A stretch of DNA of 64,000 bases, taken from assembly GCA_963707985.1 (NCBI GenBank), contig CAVPRW010000005.1, positions 32,001 to 96,000 on the forward strand. The letters run 5' to 3'. Below the pieces are notes generated by a model that did not search any database, was not told the DNA's origin, and worked only from the letters and a program-made list of their open reading frames with translations. Shown here one piece after another: positions 1-11,443 of the stretch. The position numbers and the translations under genes were made by a program. Each line of letters opens with the position of its first letter. The first letter of the stretch is position 1. This stretch comes from an uncultured Nitrospinota bacterium. GTDB lineage: Bacteria > Tectomicrobia > Entotheonellia > J063 > CAVPRW01.

Positions 1-1244
1 TTCGGGAACACCGATGGGCGAGTTGTTTCGCCGCTTCTGGCATCCGGTGCTGCTGGCAGAGGAACTGCCGGAACCGGATGGGACCCCGGTGCGGTTGCGG
101 GTGCTCAGTGAAGACTTGGTAGCCTTCCGTGATACCGATGGTGCGATCGGCATCGTTGACGCTTTCTGCCCACACCGCCGGGCTGGGATGTTCTTCGGTC
201 GTAACGAAGAGTGCGGGCTGCGTTGCGTCTATCACGGCTGGAAATTCGACGTGCAGGGCAACTGCGTGGATATGCCGACCGAACCCCGAGACTCGACCTT
301 CAGAGACAAGGTGACGATCAAGGCCTATCCGACCGCGGAATACGGCGGGTGTATCTGGATCTACATGGGCCCGCCCGACAAACAGCCCGCCCTACCAGCG
401 CTGGAGTGGGCGCGGGTCCAGGACACGCAGCGCGTCGTGTCGCGCTGGATCCAGGAATGCAACTACATGCAAGCGTTGGAGGGCGAGATCGACTCTGCTC
501 ACGTGTCCTGGCTGCATGCGCCGCTACAGGTGGAGAACAGCCCGTTCCGTGGCCGCTTCAACGATTCGATTATCCGAGATGGCGCGCCGAAGCTTACCGT
601 TAAGCCGACGGACTACGGGTTCTGCTATGGGGCCCGCCGGGACGCCGACAGGGGTGAGTACTACTGGCGTGTCACCCAGTGGCTACTCCCCACCTTCAGC
701 CTCATTCCTGCCCATGGCTTCCCGCGTGGCGGCCGCTGCTGGATCCCCATCGATGATTCCCATATCTCCGTCATTCAGTACAACTACCACCCCGAACGCC
801 CACTGACGGAGGCCGAGGTGCAGCGGGGCAAGAACAGCCCGGAGGTCCAGCCAGCCCGCTACCGCTTGCCTGATGGGATGATCATCGATATCTGCCGCGA
901 CGTCCGCAACGCCGACAACGATTATCTCATCGACCGAGACATGCAGCGTACCCAGAACTTCACCGGTATCCCGGTTATCCGCACGCAGGATACGGCTATG
1001 ACCGAGAGCATGGGAGGGATCGTCGACCGCAGCCAGGAGCACCTGGGGACCACGGACGTGGCAGTCATCGCCGCCCGCCGCCGCCTGATCAACATGGCCC
1101 GTGACTTGGAAGAGGGCATTGAGCCTGTGGCAGGCACTCCACCCGGACATCTACAACGTGCGTGCCGTCGACATGGTCTGCCCGGAGGACGACTTTCTCC
1201 GCTTCATGGACCTCTATGCCGAGGAGGCGGTTGGCAAAGTCTAG
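1..1244 (+). CDS. Rieske non-heme iron oxygenase, alpha subunit (phthalate 4,5-dioxygenase/LigX-like); 5' end lies outside the window
   Basis: Rieske motifs CPHR and CVYHGWKFD; iron site EGEIDSAHVSWLH. Frame is open upstream (SGTPMGE). Indel near 1135; natural C-terminus ALHPDIYNVRAV...GKV* ends at TAG 1242-1244. Confidence 0.85.
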
Positions 1245-1321
1245 ACCCTCCGTCATTCGTTTCATCCACTTGGCTGTGGTAAGATGGAGCGTCAGAGTGT
1301 CCCCTACCAAGGAGTATTGCC

Positions 1322-1645
1322 ATGGCTGAGACTTCTACTAGGACCGAATATTCTCACATCGTGCGCACACCAGACGTCTGCGGCGGGGAGTCACGAATCG
1401 ACGGACATCGCATCCGGGTTCGAGACATCGTTGCAGCCCGGGACTTGGGCGGTCTGACGCCAGAAGAGATTGCCGCGAGCGTTTACCCAGGCCTGACGCT
1501 GGCACAGGTGTATACGGCCCTGGCATATTACGAGGACCATCATGACGAGATCGATCAGGCGCTGCAGAACGAAGCGCAGTTCATTGAGCAGTTTTTGAAG
1601 GACCATCCACAATTGGCTCGTGACGTTCGTCCTGCCAAAAGCTGA
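1322..1645 (+). CDS. DUF433 family antitoxin
   Basis: IVRTPDVCGGESRIDGHRIRV...YPGLTLAQVYTALAYY pattern; AAGGAG RBS; directly upstream of a PIN toxin. Confidence 0.85.
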   Translation: MAETSTRTEYSHIVRTPDVCGGESRIDGHRIRVRDIVAARDLGGLTPEEIAASVYPGLTLAQVYTALAYYEDHHDEIDQALQNEAQFIEQFLKDHPQLARDVRPAKS

Positions 1646-1888
1646 GCGATGCTGAAAGGGTATGCGGACGAACACGTGGTATTCGGGTTGGTCCAGGCCT
1701 TAAGGCAGCGTGGGATGGATGTTCTCCGAGTAGAAGAGCGCGGTTTGAAGGAATCACAATTGGCTCGTGACGTTCGTCTGCAAAAGTGAGCGATGCTGAA
1801 AGGGTATGCGGACGAACACGTGGTATTCGGGTTGGTCCAGGCCTTAAGGCAGCGTGGGATGGATGTTGTCCGAGTTCAAGAGCGCGGT
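1594..1888 (+). repeat. Imperfect tandem duplication (~150 bp unit) of the antitoxin 3' end and toxin 5' end
   Basis: 1594-1743 and 1744-1888 both contain cacaattggctcgtgacgttcgt...atgctgaaagggtatgcggacgaacac...gagcgcggt, differing by small indels and substitutions. Confidence 0.9.
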
Positions 1889-2131
1889 CGCGGGCAAGCT
1901 GACGACACAGATTTGCTCAACGAAGCGCTGACCGATGAACGCGTGATGCTGACCAACGACACGGATTTTTTAACGCTGGTCGCCGATCGAGCGGCACGAC
2001 AGGAGCGATTTGCACCGATTTTCTTCTGGCCGCAACAACGCCGCTCGATCGGCCAACTGGTTCAGAGCATCATTCGCGAAGCGAGCCGCCGCGAATACAC
2101 CTCCGCCTGTTCGCAGGTGTTCTTTTTGTGA
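1793..2131 (+). CDS. DUF5615/PIN-like (VapC45-type) toxin
   Basis: YADEHV...LRQRGMDV...ADDTDLL...MLTNDTDF acidic PIN motifs; paired with DUF433. Confidence 0.85.
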   Translation: MLKGYADEHVVFGLVQALRQRGMDVVRVQERGRGQADDTDLLNEALTDERVMLTNDTDFLTLVADRAARQERFAPIFFWPQQRRSIGQLVQSIIREASRREYTSACSQVFFL

Positions 2132-2249
2132 GTCTACGTGGGCATCGTTAAGTAGATACTGCTGGTTTTGCATCTGCATGTTCCCCGGACTTCCCCGGCT
2201 CCTCCTGTTTACCCCAGATCCTCACACGTCGGTGCGCCACGCCAAACGG

Positions 2250-2266
2250 TGCATGCGTCATGTGCA
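2250..2266. promoter_or_regulatory. NtrC-like enhancer palindrome
   Basis: TGCATGCGTCATGTGCA (TGCAY-N7-RTGCA), about 180 bp upstream of a sigma54 promoter. Confidence 0.4.
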
Positions 2267-2443
2267 TGTCATCATTATCGTGGCGTCCTTCCGAGCAGTG
2301 TCAGGTGTGGCTGCGGCCTCATACAACCCTGCCAACTCAGACGATTGAGGAGCCCTAAAGCCCTGGCCCACAAGGCATAGCAGGCATGGAGCTCACTCGA
2401 CCTAGCCGAGGCGCTTCTGCGGCCTAGGCGATGGCCGGTGCCC

Positions 2444-2459
2444 TGGCACAACGATTGCT
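2444..2459 (+). promoter_or_regulatory. sigma54 (-24/-12) promoter of the formamidase operon
   Basis: TGGCAC-AACGA-TTGCT with exact GG-N10-GC spacing. Confidence 0.75.
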
Positions 2460-2740
2460 CCTGCACCATTAGACGTGTTCCCAGGCTGTTCATCTGCCTA
2501 GAGATTCAACATTGCTTGGACAGGAGAGTTCCCAGGCAGATGACCTTCGCTTTGCACTGGAGGAATACGCCGTCCGCCGATCTCATGTCGCTGACAACTG
2601 CAGATTCATCTGAGGATGATACTTGGGAAAGGAGGGAGCATGAGTGAAGACGTGGCTCGCAGAGATTTCCTGAAGACAGCCGGGGTGGGTGCAGGCGCTG
2701 CGTTAACCGTTGGATCGAACCTTCTACAAAAGGGGGAGGC

Positions 2741-3994
2741 ATGGCCGAAGCTGCAACGACACCCGAAACCTATATGTCAAAACCCCTGATTCCGATCGAC
2801 CTGACGAAGTCGCCGAGAGAACAGGTGCTGCCCTTACACAATCGCTGGCATCCAGACATTCCACCAGTGGTTACAGTCAAGCCAGGTGCGGTCTTCCGTG
2901 TCGAGTGTTATGACTGGACCGGTGGCCAGATCAAAAACGATGACAGCGCCAACGACATTCGCGATGTCGAGCTCCCCCAGGTGCACTATTTGAGTGGACC
3001 GATTGCCGTCGAAGGCGCAGAGCCGGGAGATATCCTGGTGGTCGACATCGTTGATATCGGCGCGCTCGTCACCTCACCGTGGGGGTTTACCGGCATTTTC
3101 GCCAAAACCAATGGCGGCGGTTTCCTGACCGACCACTATCCGGATGCCAAGAAAGTCATTTGGGACCTGCAGGGCATCTACGCGGTGTCACGTCATATCA
3201 AGGACGTGAAGTTTGCCGGGCTGTCACATCCAGGGCTCATCGGCTGTGCACCCTCTGCAGAGCTGCTGGCGATGTGGAACAAGCGCGAGGCCGAGCTGAT
3301 TGCCACCAACCCGAACCGCGTCCCGCCGTTGGCAGCCCCGCCCAATCCACAGGCCGCGCTCGCCGGAACGTTACAGGGGGCGGCGGCGGAACGTGTGGCG
3401 AAGGAAGGGGCACGCACCGTTCCGCCACGCGAGCACGGCGGCAACTGCGACATCAAGAATTTATCGCGTGGCTCCCGAGTCTACTTCCCGGTGTATGTCA
3501 GAGGGGGCAACCTGTCGATGGGGGATATCCACTGGTCGCAGGGGGATGGTGAGATCTCCTTCTGTGGCGCCATCGAGATGTCGGGCTATCTGGACCTGCA
3601 CGTCGATCTGATCAAAGGTGGGGTCAGCAAGTACGGCATGGTCAACCCCATCTTCAAGCCGGGCCCGGTCGAGCCACGCTATTCGGAATATCTGGTTTTT
3701 GAGGGGATCTCGGTCGACGAGCAAGGTAAACAATACTACCTCGACGCCCACGTCGCCTACCGGCGTGCGTGCTTGAATGCCATCGAGTATTTGAAAAAAT
3801 TCGGGTACAGCGGTGAGCAGGGCTATATGCTTATCAGCACCGCCCCATGTGAAGGGAAGATCAGCGGTATCGTGGATATTCCAAACGCCTGCTGTACACT
3901 GCACATTCCGACCGAGATCTTTGACTTCGACATTCGACCGTCGGCCACAGGACCCACCAGCGCATCACGTGGTGCGGTATCGAGCACCACCTAA
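2741..3994 (+). CDS. fmdA: Formamidase/acetamidase (FmdA/AmdA family); probable true start 2640 with a Tat leader
   Basis: HNRWHPDIPP, DWTGGQIKNDDSA, PPREHGGNCDIK, GDIHWSQGDGEI, GIVDIPNAC. Confidence 0.93.
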   Translation: MAEAATTPETYMSKPLIPIDLTKSPREQVLPLHNRWHPDIPPVVTVKPGAVFRVECYDWTGGQIKNDDSANDIRDVELPQVHYLSGPIAVEGAEPGDILVVDIVDIGALVTSPWGFTGIFAKTNGGGFLTDHYPDAKKVIWDLQGIYAVSRHIKDVKFAGLSHPGLIGCAPSAELLAMWNKREAELIATNPNRVPPLAAPPNPQAALAGTLQGAAAERVAKEGARTVPPREHGGNCDIKNLSRGSRVYFPVYVRGGNLSMGDIHWSQGDGEISFCGAIEMSGYLDLHVDLIKGGVSKYGMVNPIFKPGPVEPRYSEYLVFEGISVDEQGKQYYLDAHVAYRRACLNAIEYLKKFGYSGEQGYMLISTAPCEGKISGIVDIPNACCTLHIPTEIFDFDIRPSATGPTSASRGAVSSTT

Positions 3995-4102
3995 CGAGAT
4001 CGATCATGTTCCCACGGGCAGGGGTGCACAGCCGTGCGCCCCTGGGTAAGGTTTCCGGATGTAGCTGATGCGTGAGCACATGTGCCGAGGGAGGGTCATC
4101 CC

Positions 4103-4423
4103 ATGCCTACCTATGAGTTCGTCTGCGCCAGCTGTGGACCCTTCGAGCAACGTCGAAGTCTGAGGGAGGCCGGCGATCCTATGACCTGCCCGTTATGCCA
4201 GCAGGTGGCCCAGCGTATATACTCAACGGCCGCGGTCATTCTCGCCTCTGGTGCCGTGGGCCGTCGCATCGAACAGAGTGCAGAGCCAACCGTCGTCAAA
4301 CGTCCAGTCTCCGAGGAGAATTCACCCCAGCAAACACTTCAGCAGTCGGCTCGTGGCCGTCCCTGGCAGCTCGGTCATGCTGCACATGCGACGCCGGTGA
4401 AGCCAGGCTTACAGCGCCTATAG
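4103..4423 (+). CDS. fmdB: FmdB family zinc-ribbon regulatory protein
   Basis: MPTYEFVCASCGPFE...CPLC and RGRPWQLGH; follows fmdA; GGAGG RBS. Confidence 0.85.
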   Translation: MPTYEFVCASCGPFEQRRSLREAGDPMTCPLCQQVAQRIYSTAAVILASGAVGRRIEQSAEPTVVKRPVSEENSPQQTLQQSARGRPWQLGHAAHATPVKPGLQRL

Positions 4424-4462
4424 CACTCTCGTAGGCACATACGTTGCCTGGGCAAGTCCTCC

Positions 4463-5345
4463 CTATCGTGGCAGGCCAGCCAGGCGCGCAAGCACCTCGA
4501 AAACAACGGCAAAGTCCTTATCGGCCAGACCCATACCGCGGGCGGCGGTGAGCATCTCGTTGGTCACGGCTGTGGTGGGCAGGGGAACATCCAGCTCCCG
4601 TCCCATCTCCAGGGCCAGGAGGAGGTCCTTTTGCATCATATTCACGTCGAACCACGCCTCCTCCGGCAGACCCAGCACAAATGGTCCGCGGTACTTCACC
4701 ATGGGTGAGGCGATCACACTATTGAGCAACACCTCCACAGCAGTCTCGCGTGCGATGCCGCTTTTCTCGGCGAGTAAAACACCCTCGCTGAAGGCGAGCA
4801 TTTGCACTGCCAGACTGAGATTGGTGGCGATTTTCATCGAGGCTGCCAGGCCATTCGCACCGACGTAGGTGACTTTCGGGCCGATGTCCTGCAAGATCGG
4901 CACGACTCGCTCATAGGCGTCGCGGTCCCCACCGACCATCAGTGATAACCTGCCCTCTTCCAGGGTGATGACGCTGCCGGACACTGGTGCATCGAGCATC
5001 TGTGCCCCCAGAGCTGCAACCTGTGTGGCCAGGCTGCGGCTAACGGTTGGACTGACTGTGCTCATATCGACAAAGACGCTCCCCGGGCGCAACCCGGCCA
5101 ATACCCCGTCGACGCCGCCGGTTACGGCTTGCAAGGCCGCGGTATTGGCCACCATACTGCAGACGACGTCGGTGGCCTGGGCCACCGCAGCCGGTGTCTC
5201 ACCCCACTGCATCCCCAGGTCCAGGAGCCATTGGGCTTTTGAACGGGTGCGGTTATAGCCTGTGACCGATATGGCCAGCGTCCAACAAACGCTTCACCAT
5301 CCGGCTTCCCATCACCCCCAGTCCGATGAAACCGAGATGCGCCAT
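4463..5345 (-). CDS. NAD(P)-dependent beta-hydroxyacid dehydrogenase (3-hydroxyisobutyrate DH / tartronate semialdehyde reductase family); indel near 5265
   Basis: MAHLGFIGLGVMG Rossmann start at 5345; DAPVSGS, MKIATN, KDLLLAL. Confidence 0.85.
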
Positions 5346-5373
5346 CGCAGACTCCTAGAGCCATTCCATCGCG

Positions 5374-6639
5374 CTATGGTCCGGCGGTTGCCTCCTCATG
5401 CGGTAATGGCTCATCCTCTGGCCGTGGTAACTCCTCATGCAATGTCCCAAACTGAATGCCGCCGATGGTGTGATCGAAGCGGCTGACCTCGCTCTCGGCC
5501 TGGACGAATTGCCCACGGGCACGGTCGAGGTGCCTGCCGATGAGCCTGAAATGCTCCTTGAACTCGTCAAAGTTCTTCTTCAGTCCCAACAAGAGTTGCT
5601 CGATACGGCGCGTCTCCTGGGCGATTTTCAGGCCTCGGAAACCGATGGAGATCGCTTGCAGATAGGCGTACAGCGTGTTCGGTGAGACCGGCACGACCCG
5701 CTTGGCGCGCGAAAACTCCAGTACCTCATCGCTCAGCAACACCTCATAGTAGACGTTTTCCGCCGGGATAAACATCAGGGCAAAATCGAGCGTCGACGGC
5801 GGTAGGATGTATTTGTGGGAGATATCGATGACGTGGCGTCGGACATCACTTAAGAATAGCCGATGCCACTGTTGACGCGTCTCTGGCTCGGCATCGGGCT
5901 GCGCCATGCGTCGAAAGTTGTTCAGGGGAAACTTACTGTCGATGCACAACCAGCCGCCTTCAAGTATGATCACCGCGTCGGCCAACGCCTCTCCGACGGG
6001 GGCCTGCATGCGATACAGGGCCTGCGGCAGGACGTTACTCAGCATCCGTTCCAACTCGAACTCGCCGATATTGCCGCGTAGCTTGGGCGACTCAAGAATG
6101 TGGCTGAGCTGGTTGATGTCCTGACTGATAGCCACGATGCGCTCGTTGGTGACGCGAATCTCCCCCAGTTTCTCGGCCATATCCCTGAACAGGGTGCTGT
6201 GCTGGGTGAGATTGTCGCTGAGGCGTTGCTCAACCCCCTGTTGCAGCGCCGTGACCATGCCAAACAGCTCGCGGCGACTATCGCTCAGGCTGTCGTGGAT
6301 ATTCGCCCGGAGCGTGTCAAACTGCTGCTGGAGCTCGCGGTGCACCGCCTGTAAGCGCTCTTCCATGGCGGTCTGGCTGTCGAGACGGGCTTGGTCGACG
6401 CGGGAGACCAGTTGCGTGGTAAGCTGGGTCAAGCTCGTGACCAGGGAAGTATTCAACGCCTGCGAAGAGTGATCGATCCGGGCGTCCAGGGTGCGCTGGA
6501 GATTGAGAAGCCCCTCTGAGAGCATCTGCACGCGGTCAGCAAGGTCCGACGAGGATGGGCGCCGGAGCGTGTGCAGATACCACACGAGCAGGGTCATGAT
6601 CACCAGCCCTAGACCGCCGATAATGACCAGCTCAAGCAT
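5374..6639 (-). CDS. rmuC: DNA recombination protein RmuC
   Basis: N-terminal TM and coiled coil; PKLRGNIGE, IDSKFP, DISHKYI, DFALMFIPAENVY, VSPNTL. Confidence 0.9.
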   Translation of the reverse strand: MLELVIIGGLGLVIMTLLVWYLHTLRRPSSSDLADRVQMLSEGLLNLQRTLDARIDHSSQALNTSLVTSLTQLTTQLVSRVDQARLDSQTAMEERLQAVHRELQQQFDTLRANIHDSLSDSRRELFGMVTALQQGVEQRLSDNLTQHSTLFRDMAEKLGEIRVTNERIVAISQDINQLSHILESPKLRGNIGEFELERMLSNVLPQALYRMQAPVGEALADAVIILEGGWLCIDSKFPLNNFRRMAQPDAEPETRQQWHRLFLSDVRRHVIDISHKYILPPSTLDFALMFIPAENVYYEVLLSDEVLEFSRAKRVVPVSPNTLYAYLQAISIGFRGLKIAQETRRIEQLLLGLKKNFDEFKEHFRLIGRHLDRARGQFVQAESEVSRFDHTIGGIQFGTLHEELPRPEDEPLPHEEATAGP

Positions 6640-6804
6640 TCACATTCCTTGCCGCCCGGGACGTGCGATCTCCGCAGGCATTGGGGGCTCTCTCTCAATG
6701 ACAGGTGCAAAATGTCGACGCGATCCCATCAGTGATGTGCGGCGACAGCTGCATCACGCCCGCCACGATAGGGGTAGGCTCTGGTCGATACCCAGTGGCC
6801 GCGG

Positions 6805-8016
6805 TCAGGGGCGCAGCAGAGAGCGGATGCGTAAACGCAGCGCATTGAGCCTGATAAAACCTTCGGCATCGGCCTGACGATACACGTTGTCGGCCTCAAA
6901 GGTCGCAAACTGTGGGTGATAAAGCGAGGTGGGAGATTTACGACCCACGACCCAACAATTGCCCTTATAGAGTTTCAAGCGCGCTGTGCCGGTGACGTGG
7001 CGCTGCGCCTCATCCATAAACTGCCGTAGGAGATCCATCTCCGGAGAGTACCAGAAGCCATAGTAGATGAGCTCGGCCAATTTGCAGACGAGCGAGTCGC
7101 GCAGATGCATGACCTCGCGGTCCATGGTGAGCGACTCCACTGCACGGTGTGCGATGTGCAGAATGGTGCCGCCAGGGGTTTCGTACACGCCACGCGATTT
7201 CATCCCCACGAAACGGTTCTCGACCATATCGATGCGGCCGATCCCGTGCGAGCCAGCGATGTCGTTGAGGCGCATCAGCAAAGCCACTGGTCCCAGTCGC
7301 TCGCCATCCACAGCCACGGGTGTTCCCTGTTCGTAGTCGATCTCCAGGTACTGCGAGCGATCAGGAGCATTCTGGACGGCCTGAGTCATCTGGAACATCT
7401 TCTCGTCCGGCTCATGCCACGGGTCTTCCAGAATCCCCCCCTCGTAGCTGGTGTGCAAAAGATTGCGGTCTGTGCTGTAAGGCTTTTCGCGCGTCGTCGG
7501 CACCGGGATGTCGTGTGCAATGGCGTAATCGATGAGCTCCTGGCGACCCTTAAAGTCCCATTCGCGCCAGGGTGCAATGACCTTGATGTGTGGATTCAGG
7601 GAGAAATACGTGAGCTCAAAGCGCACCTGGTCATTGCCTTTACCGGTGGCTCCGTGGGCGACGGCATCTGCCTCTTCTCTGGCGGCGATTTCAAGCTGTT
7701 TTTTGGCGATGAGCGGGCGGGCTAGCGAGGTCCCCATCAGGTAGCCGCCCTCATAGACGGCGTTGGCGCGGACGGCAGGATAGACGAAGTCGCGCACGAA
7801 TTCCTCACGTAGGTCCTCGACATAGACTTTCGCAGCGCCCACGCGCTCGGCCTTGCGGGCGAACCCCTGAAGATCCTCTTCCTGCCCAAGGTCCGCCAGG
7901 AACGCCACCACCTCACAGCCGTAGGTCTCGATCAGCCATTTGAGAATGACCGAGGTATCGAGTCCACCAGAATAAGCCAACACAATGCGTTTGATTCCTG
8001 CCTGCATCCCTTGCAC
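6805..8016 (-). CDS. argG: Argininosuccinate synthase
   Basis: [42 protein letters not shown]. Confidence 0.97.
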   Translation of the reverse strand: MQGMQAGIKRIVLAYSGGLDTSVILKWLIETYGCEVVAFLADLGQEEDLQGFARKAERVGAAKVYVEDLREEFVRDFVYPAVRANAVYEGGYLMGTSLARPLIAKKQLEIAAREEADAVAHGATGKGNDQVRFELTYFSLNPHIKVIAPWREWDFKGRQELIDYAIAHDIPVPTTREKPYSTDRNLLHTSYEGGILEDPWHEPDEKMFQMTQAVQNAPDRSQYLEIDYEQGTPVAVDGERLGPVALLMRLNDIAGSHGIGRIDMVENRFVGMKSRGVYETPGGTILHIAHRAVESLTMDREVMHLRDSLVCKLAELIYYGFWYSPEMDLLRQFMDEAQRHVTGTARLKLYKGNCWVVGRKSPTSLYHPQFATFEADNVYRQADAEGFIRLNALRLRIRSLLRP

Positions 8017-8082
8017 TCCAGGATCGGACTGAGGAGTGAATGCCGAGGATGAGCCGAGCCACTCAAACCTCAGTCCATATCG

Positions 8083-9023
8083 CTAATGACCGTTGTCTCC
8101 TCTGTTCAACAGAAGTTGCAACACGGCCTTCTGCGTGTGCAAACGGTTTTCCGCATGGTCGAAGACGATCGATTGGGGGCCGTCGATGACCTCGGCGGTA
8201 ATCTCTTCGCCGCGGTGCGCGGGGAGGCAATGCATCACCAGCGTCGTCGGTTTGGCCGCCGCCAGGAGCGCCTGATTGACCTGGTATGACTGAAACACCT
8301 CCAGCCGCCAGCGTCGCTCCGCCTCCTGGCCCATGCTAACCCACACATCGGTATAGATGACATCCGCCCCTTTGACGGCTTGGAATGGGTCCTCCATGAT
8401 TTCCACACTGCCACCGTACGCCGCCGCTTCTTCCTGGTGCTTACGGATGAGCTCGGACGGCGGCCAATAGCCCTTGGGACATCGCCAGCGCCAGGTGCAT
8501 GCCCATCTTGGCGGACCCCTTGCAGCCAGGAGTTGGCGACGTTGTTACCATCGCCCACCCAGGCCAGCTTCACCCCCTCGCAGCGGCCGAATTTTTCCTG
8601 AATGGTCAGAAGGTCGGCAAGGATCTGACAGGGATGGTGCAGATCGGTCAGACCATTGATCACCGGAATCGTGGCGTACCGTGCCAGTTCCGCGACCTCA
8701 TCGTGGGCGAAGGTTCGGATCACGATACCGTCCAGATAGCGGGAGAACAGCCGTCCGATATCCGCCACGCTCTCCCGCACCCCCATGCCCAGGTCATGGT
8801 CATTCAAGAACAGGGCCAGCCCACCCATCTGAAACATCCCGATCTCAAAGGAGACCCGCGTCCGGCTGGACGGTTTCTTAAAGATCATTCCCAGCGTCCG
8901 CCCTGCCAAAAAACGGTGCGGTATGCCACGCTTGAGATAATCTTTGAGGCGTGCGGCCGACTGCAACAAGGCCTCAAGTTCTGGCCTGGTGACGTCGTCT
9001 AGTGATAGCAAATCACGCTTCAT
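8083..9023 (-). CDS. argF: Ornithine carbamoyltransferase (indels near 8420-8520)
   Basis: [32 protein letters not shown] and [10 protein letters not shown] across two frames. Confidence 0.93.
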
Positions 9024-9034
9024 CGACGGTCCCC

Positions 9035-10248
9035 CTACACTTTCGCGAACAGTTCGTCGAGCGTCGCCACCAGGAGGTCCACTTCTGTCTCTTTGACGAT
9101 GAGCGGGGGTAAAAAACGGAGGACCGTATCCATCGTACAATTGACCAGAAAGCCGCGCTCGAGGCAGTCATTGACAAACTGACCACCAGGGAAATGCTAA
9201 TTGGATGCCCAGCATCAGCCCCCGTCCGCGCACTTCTTGGATAAAGGAGTAGCGCTGTTGGAGACCTTTGAGGCGGTCCATGAAGTAGGCCCCGACACGC
9301 TGGCAATTTTCCAGCATGCCATCGTCGTGGATGGCCTTCAGCGCCGCGACTCCGGCAGCCGTGGCCAAGGGATTGCCGCCGAACGTCGCGGCGTGCGTGC
9401 CCGGGACAAACGGCGCTGGCCACCTCCTCACGGGCTAACAGGGCGCCGATGGGCACCCCACCCGCCAGCGATTTGGCGAGCGTCATGATATCGGGAGGAA
9501 CCCCTTCATGCTCATAGGCAAAGAGCTTGCCGGTACGTCCGATGCCGCACTGCACCTCATCATAGATCAGCAGTAGTTGGCGCGCCTCGCACAGCTGGCG
9601 CAGGCTCTTCAGGTAGCCAGGGCTGGGGACGTTGACCCCTCCCTCCCCCTGGATTGGCTCGATCATCACGGCACAGGTCTTCGGCGTGATCATCCGTTCC
9701 AAGGCCTGCAGGTCATTAAACGGTGCGTACTGGAAGCCATCCAGCAACGGCTCAAAGCCCTTGTGATACTTGTGCTGCGCCGTGGCCGAGAGCGACCCCA
9801 TGGTGCGGCCATGGAAGGAGTTCTCGAAGGTGATGATTTCGTAGCGTCCCTCACCAAAGTGATCGTGGGAGTATTTCCGGGCCAGCTTGATCGCCGCTTC
9901 GCACGACTCCGTGCCACTATTGCAGAAGAAGCTACGATCGGCGAATGACATCTGGGCCAGCATGTCAGCGAGTTCGATCTGGGGTTGAATGTGGTACAGG
10001 TTGGACACGTGTAGAAGGGTACCGGCCTGCTGGCGAATGGCCTCAACCACTCTTGGGTGACAATGGCCCAGGTTGTTCACCCCCAACCCGGCGAGAAAGT
10101 CATAGTACATCTTGCCATCGGCATCCCAGACTCGCATGCCCTCACCGCGAATCAAGGCGATGGGCGTGCGCCCGTAGGTGGTGGCGATATGAGCGTTACC
10201 GCGATCGATCAGGGTTTGATTGCGCATCTCAAGGGCACTTTGTTGCAT
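9035..10248 (-). CDS. argD: Acetylornithine aminotransferase (indels near 9415 and 9190)
   Basis: SFHGRT, EPIQGEGG, DEVQCGIGRTG, TLAKSLAGG, GTHAATFGGNP, RFLPPL. Confidence 0.92.
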
Positions 10249-10411
10249 GGTGCTAGCCTCCTCACACGCATGGACTGGTCAATGACGGAGATGGTACTGG
10301 TCACAAGGCAGCGATCAGCGACAGCAGTTGCACTGACGACGGCATCCCACATCTCCATCCCACCAGTGCAGGGGGCATTCAGGGGTGAAGCGGCTCATCG
10401 TCCAGGCCAGC

Positions 10412-10972
10412 TTAGACATGATGGGGCTCCGCGAGCAGGGCCGTGAGTTGTTGGCGATAGCGACGCCGTACGGCGTCGAAAAACGCCAGATATTCAGGGG
10501 TCCGATAATCGGGATATGTCCACTCCCACGGCACGAATCGGCCGCCGGTAAAGCGTAGCGTCACCTCGGCATAGATGCCCCGGCCGAGATAGAGACGATG
10601 TTGCCGGTCCTTGGTGGTTGCGAGCACTAATTTGGCCAGGTCGACATACCCTGGATCGAGGTTGACGCGTCGATGCCGGACTTGCCCCGCGTTCACGGCG
10701 TACGTTTGCTCGATGGCATTGGTCTCGTGCTTCATGCCAGCCAGGGTCTCGGCAGCAATGAGTGCGTCAAAACTCCAAAACAGACGCTGCAATGCTGGTC
10801 CCATTTCGCGTTCATAGAACTTGGTCGCCACGAAGGGCAGGAGGGCGGTTTCCTGATCAATCGGTCCATAGATGGCTTCCAATCGCTGACGTATGACCAC
10901 GATTGGGGCCTCAGGCGTGAGAATCAGTCCGATGATCAATTTCACTGGCGGTGGTTCGACGGCCTGAGCCAC
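10412..10972 (-). CDS. DUF4416 family protein
   Basis: FYEREMG, RRVNLDPGY, LATTK...HRLYLGRGIYAE, WTYPDY. Confidence 0.8.
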   Translation of the reverse strand: MAQAVEPPPVKLIIGLILTPEAPIVVIRQRLEAIYGPIDQETALLPFVATKFYEREMGPALQRLFWSFDALIAAETLAGMKHETNAIEQTYAVNAGQVRHRRVNLDPGYVDLAKLVLATTKDRQHRLYLGRGIYAEVTLRFTGGRFVPWEWTYPDYRTPEYLAFFDAVRRRYRQQLTALLAEPHHV

Positions 10973-11253
10973 GTGAGGTCCCTTCTGACGATCATGCGCG
11001 AGCAGGGTGTCGCCTGCCCCTCACACTGGCTCATGAGCCGAATCGGGATCAGGTGCAGCAGAGACATTCGTAGCCGTTGATCGATCAGATCGGTCCAGCC
11101 TGCTAATGTCGCCTGAATGTAGCGAATTGCACTAGGGATGTCAATTGTTGAAACGCCTGTCCCAATCTCTGCCCGCTGAGTATGACTGGTCTGATGGTAA
11201 GCGATAAACCCGCGTGGACACTGCAAGAGACGGCAATACCAGCAGAAAAATCA

Positions 11254-11283
11254 TTGACATCGTGCGTAGGCTGGCCTTACACT
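11254..11283 (+). promoter_or_regulatory. sigma70-type promoter upstream of the thiolase-family gene
   Basis: TTGACA-N18-TACACT. Confidence 0.55.
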
Positions 11284-11443
11284 GACGTCGTAATTCGTTG
11301 CCGCACTAGGGCGGAGGCGGCGTAGCAGGGCTGAAGCATGATGGGAAATTTGCGATGGTGTCCTCCCCTCCTTTTGACCTCACGACGATAGGATACCAGG
11401 AGCATGTCCGGCACTTCAGACCACACAGCAGAGGGGCGAGACG

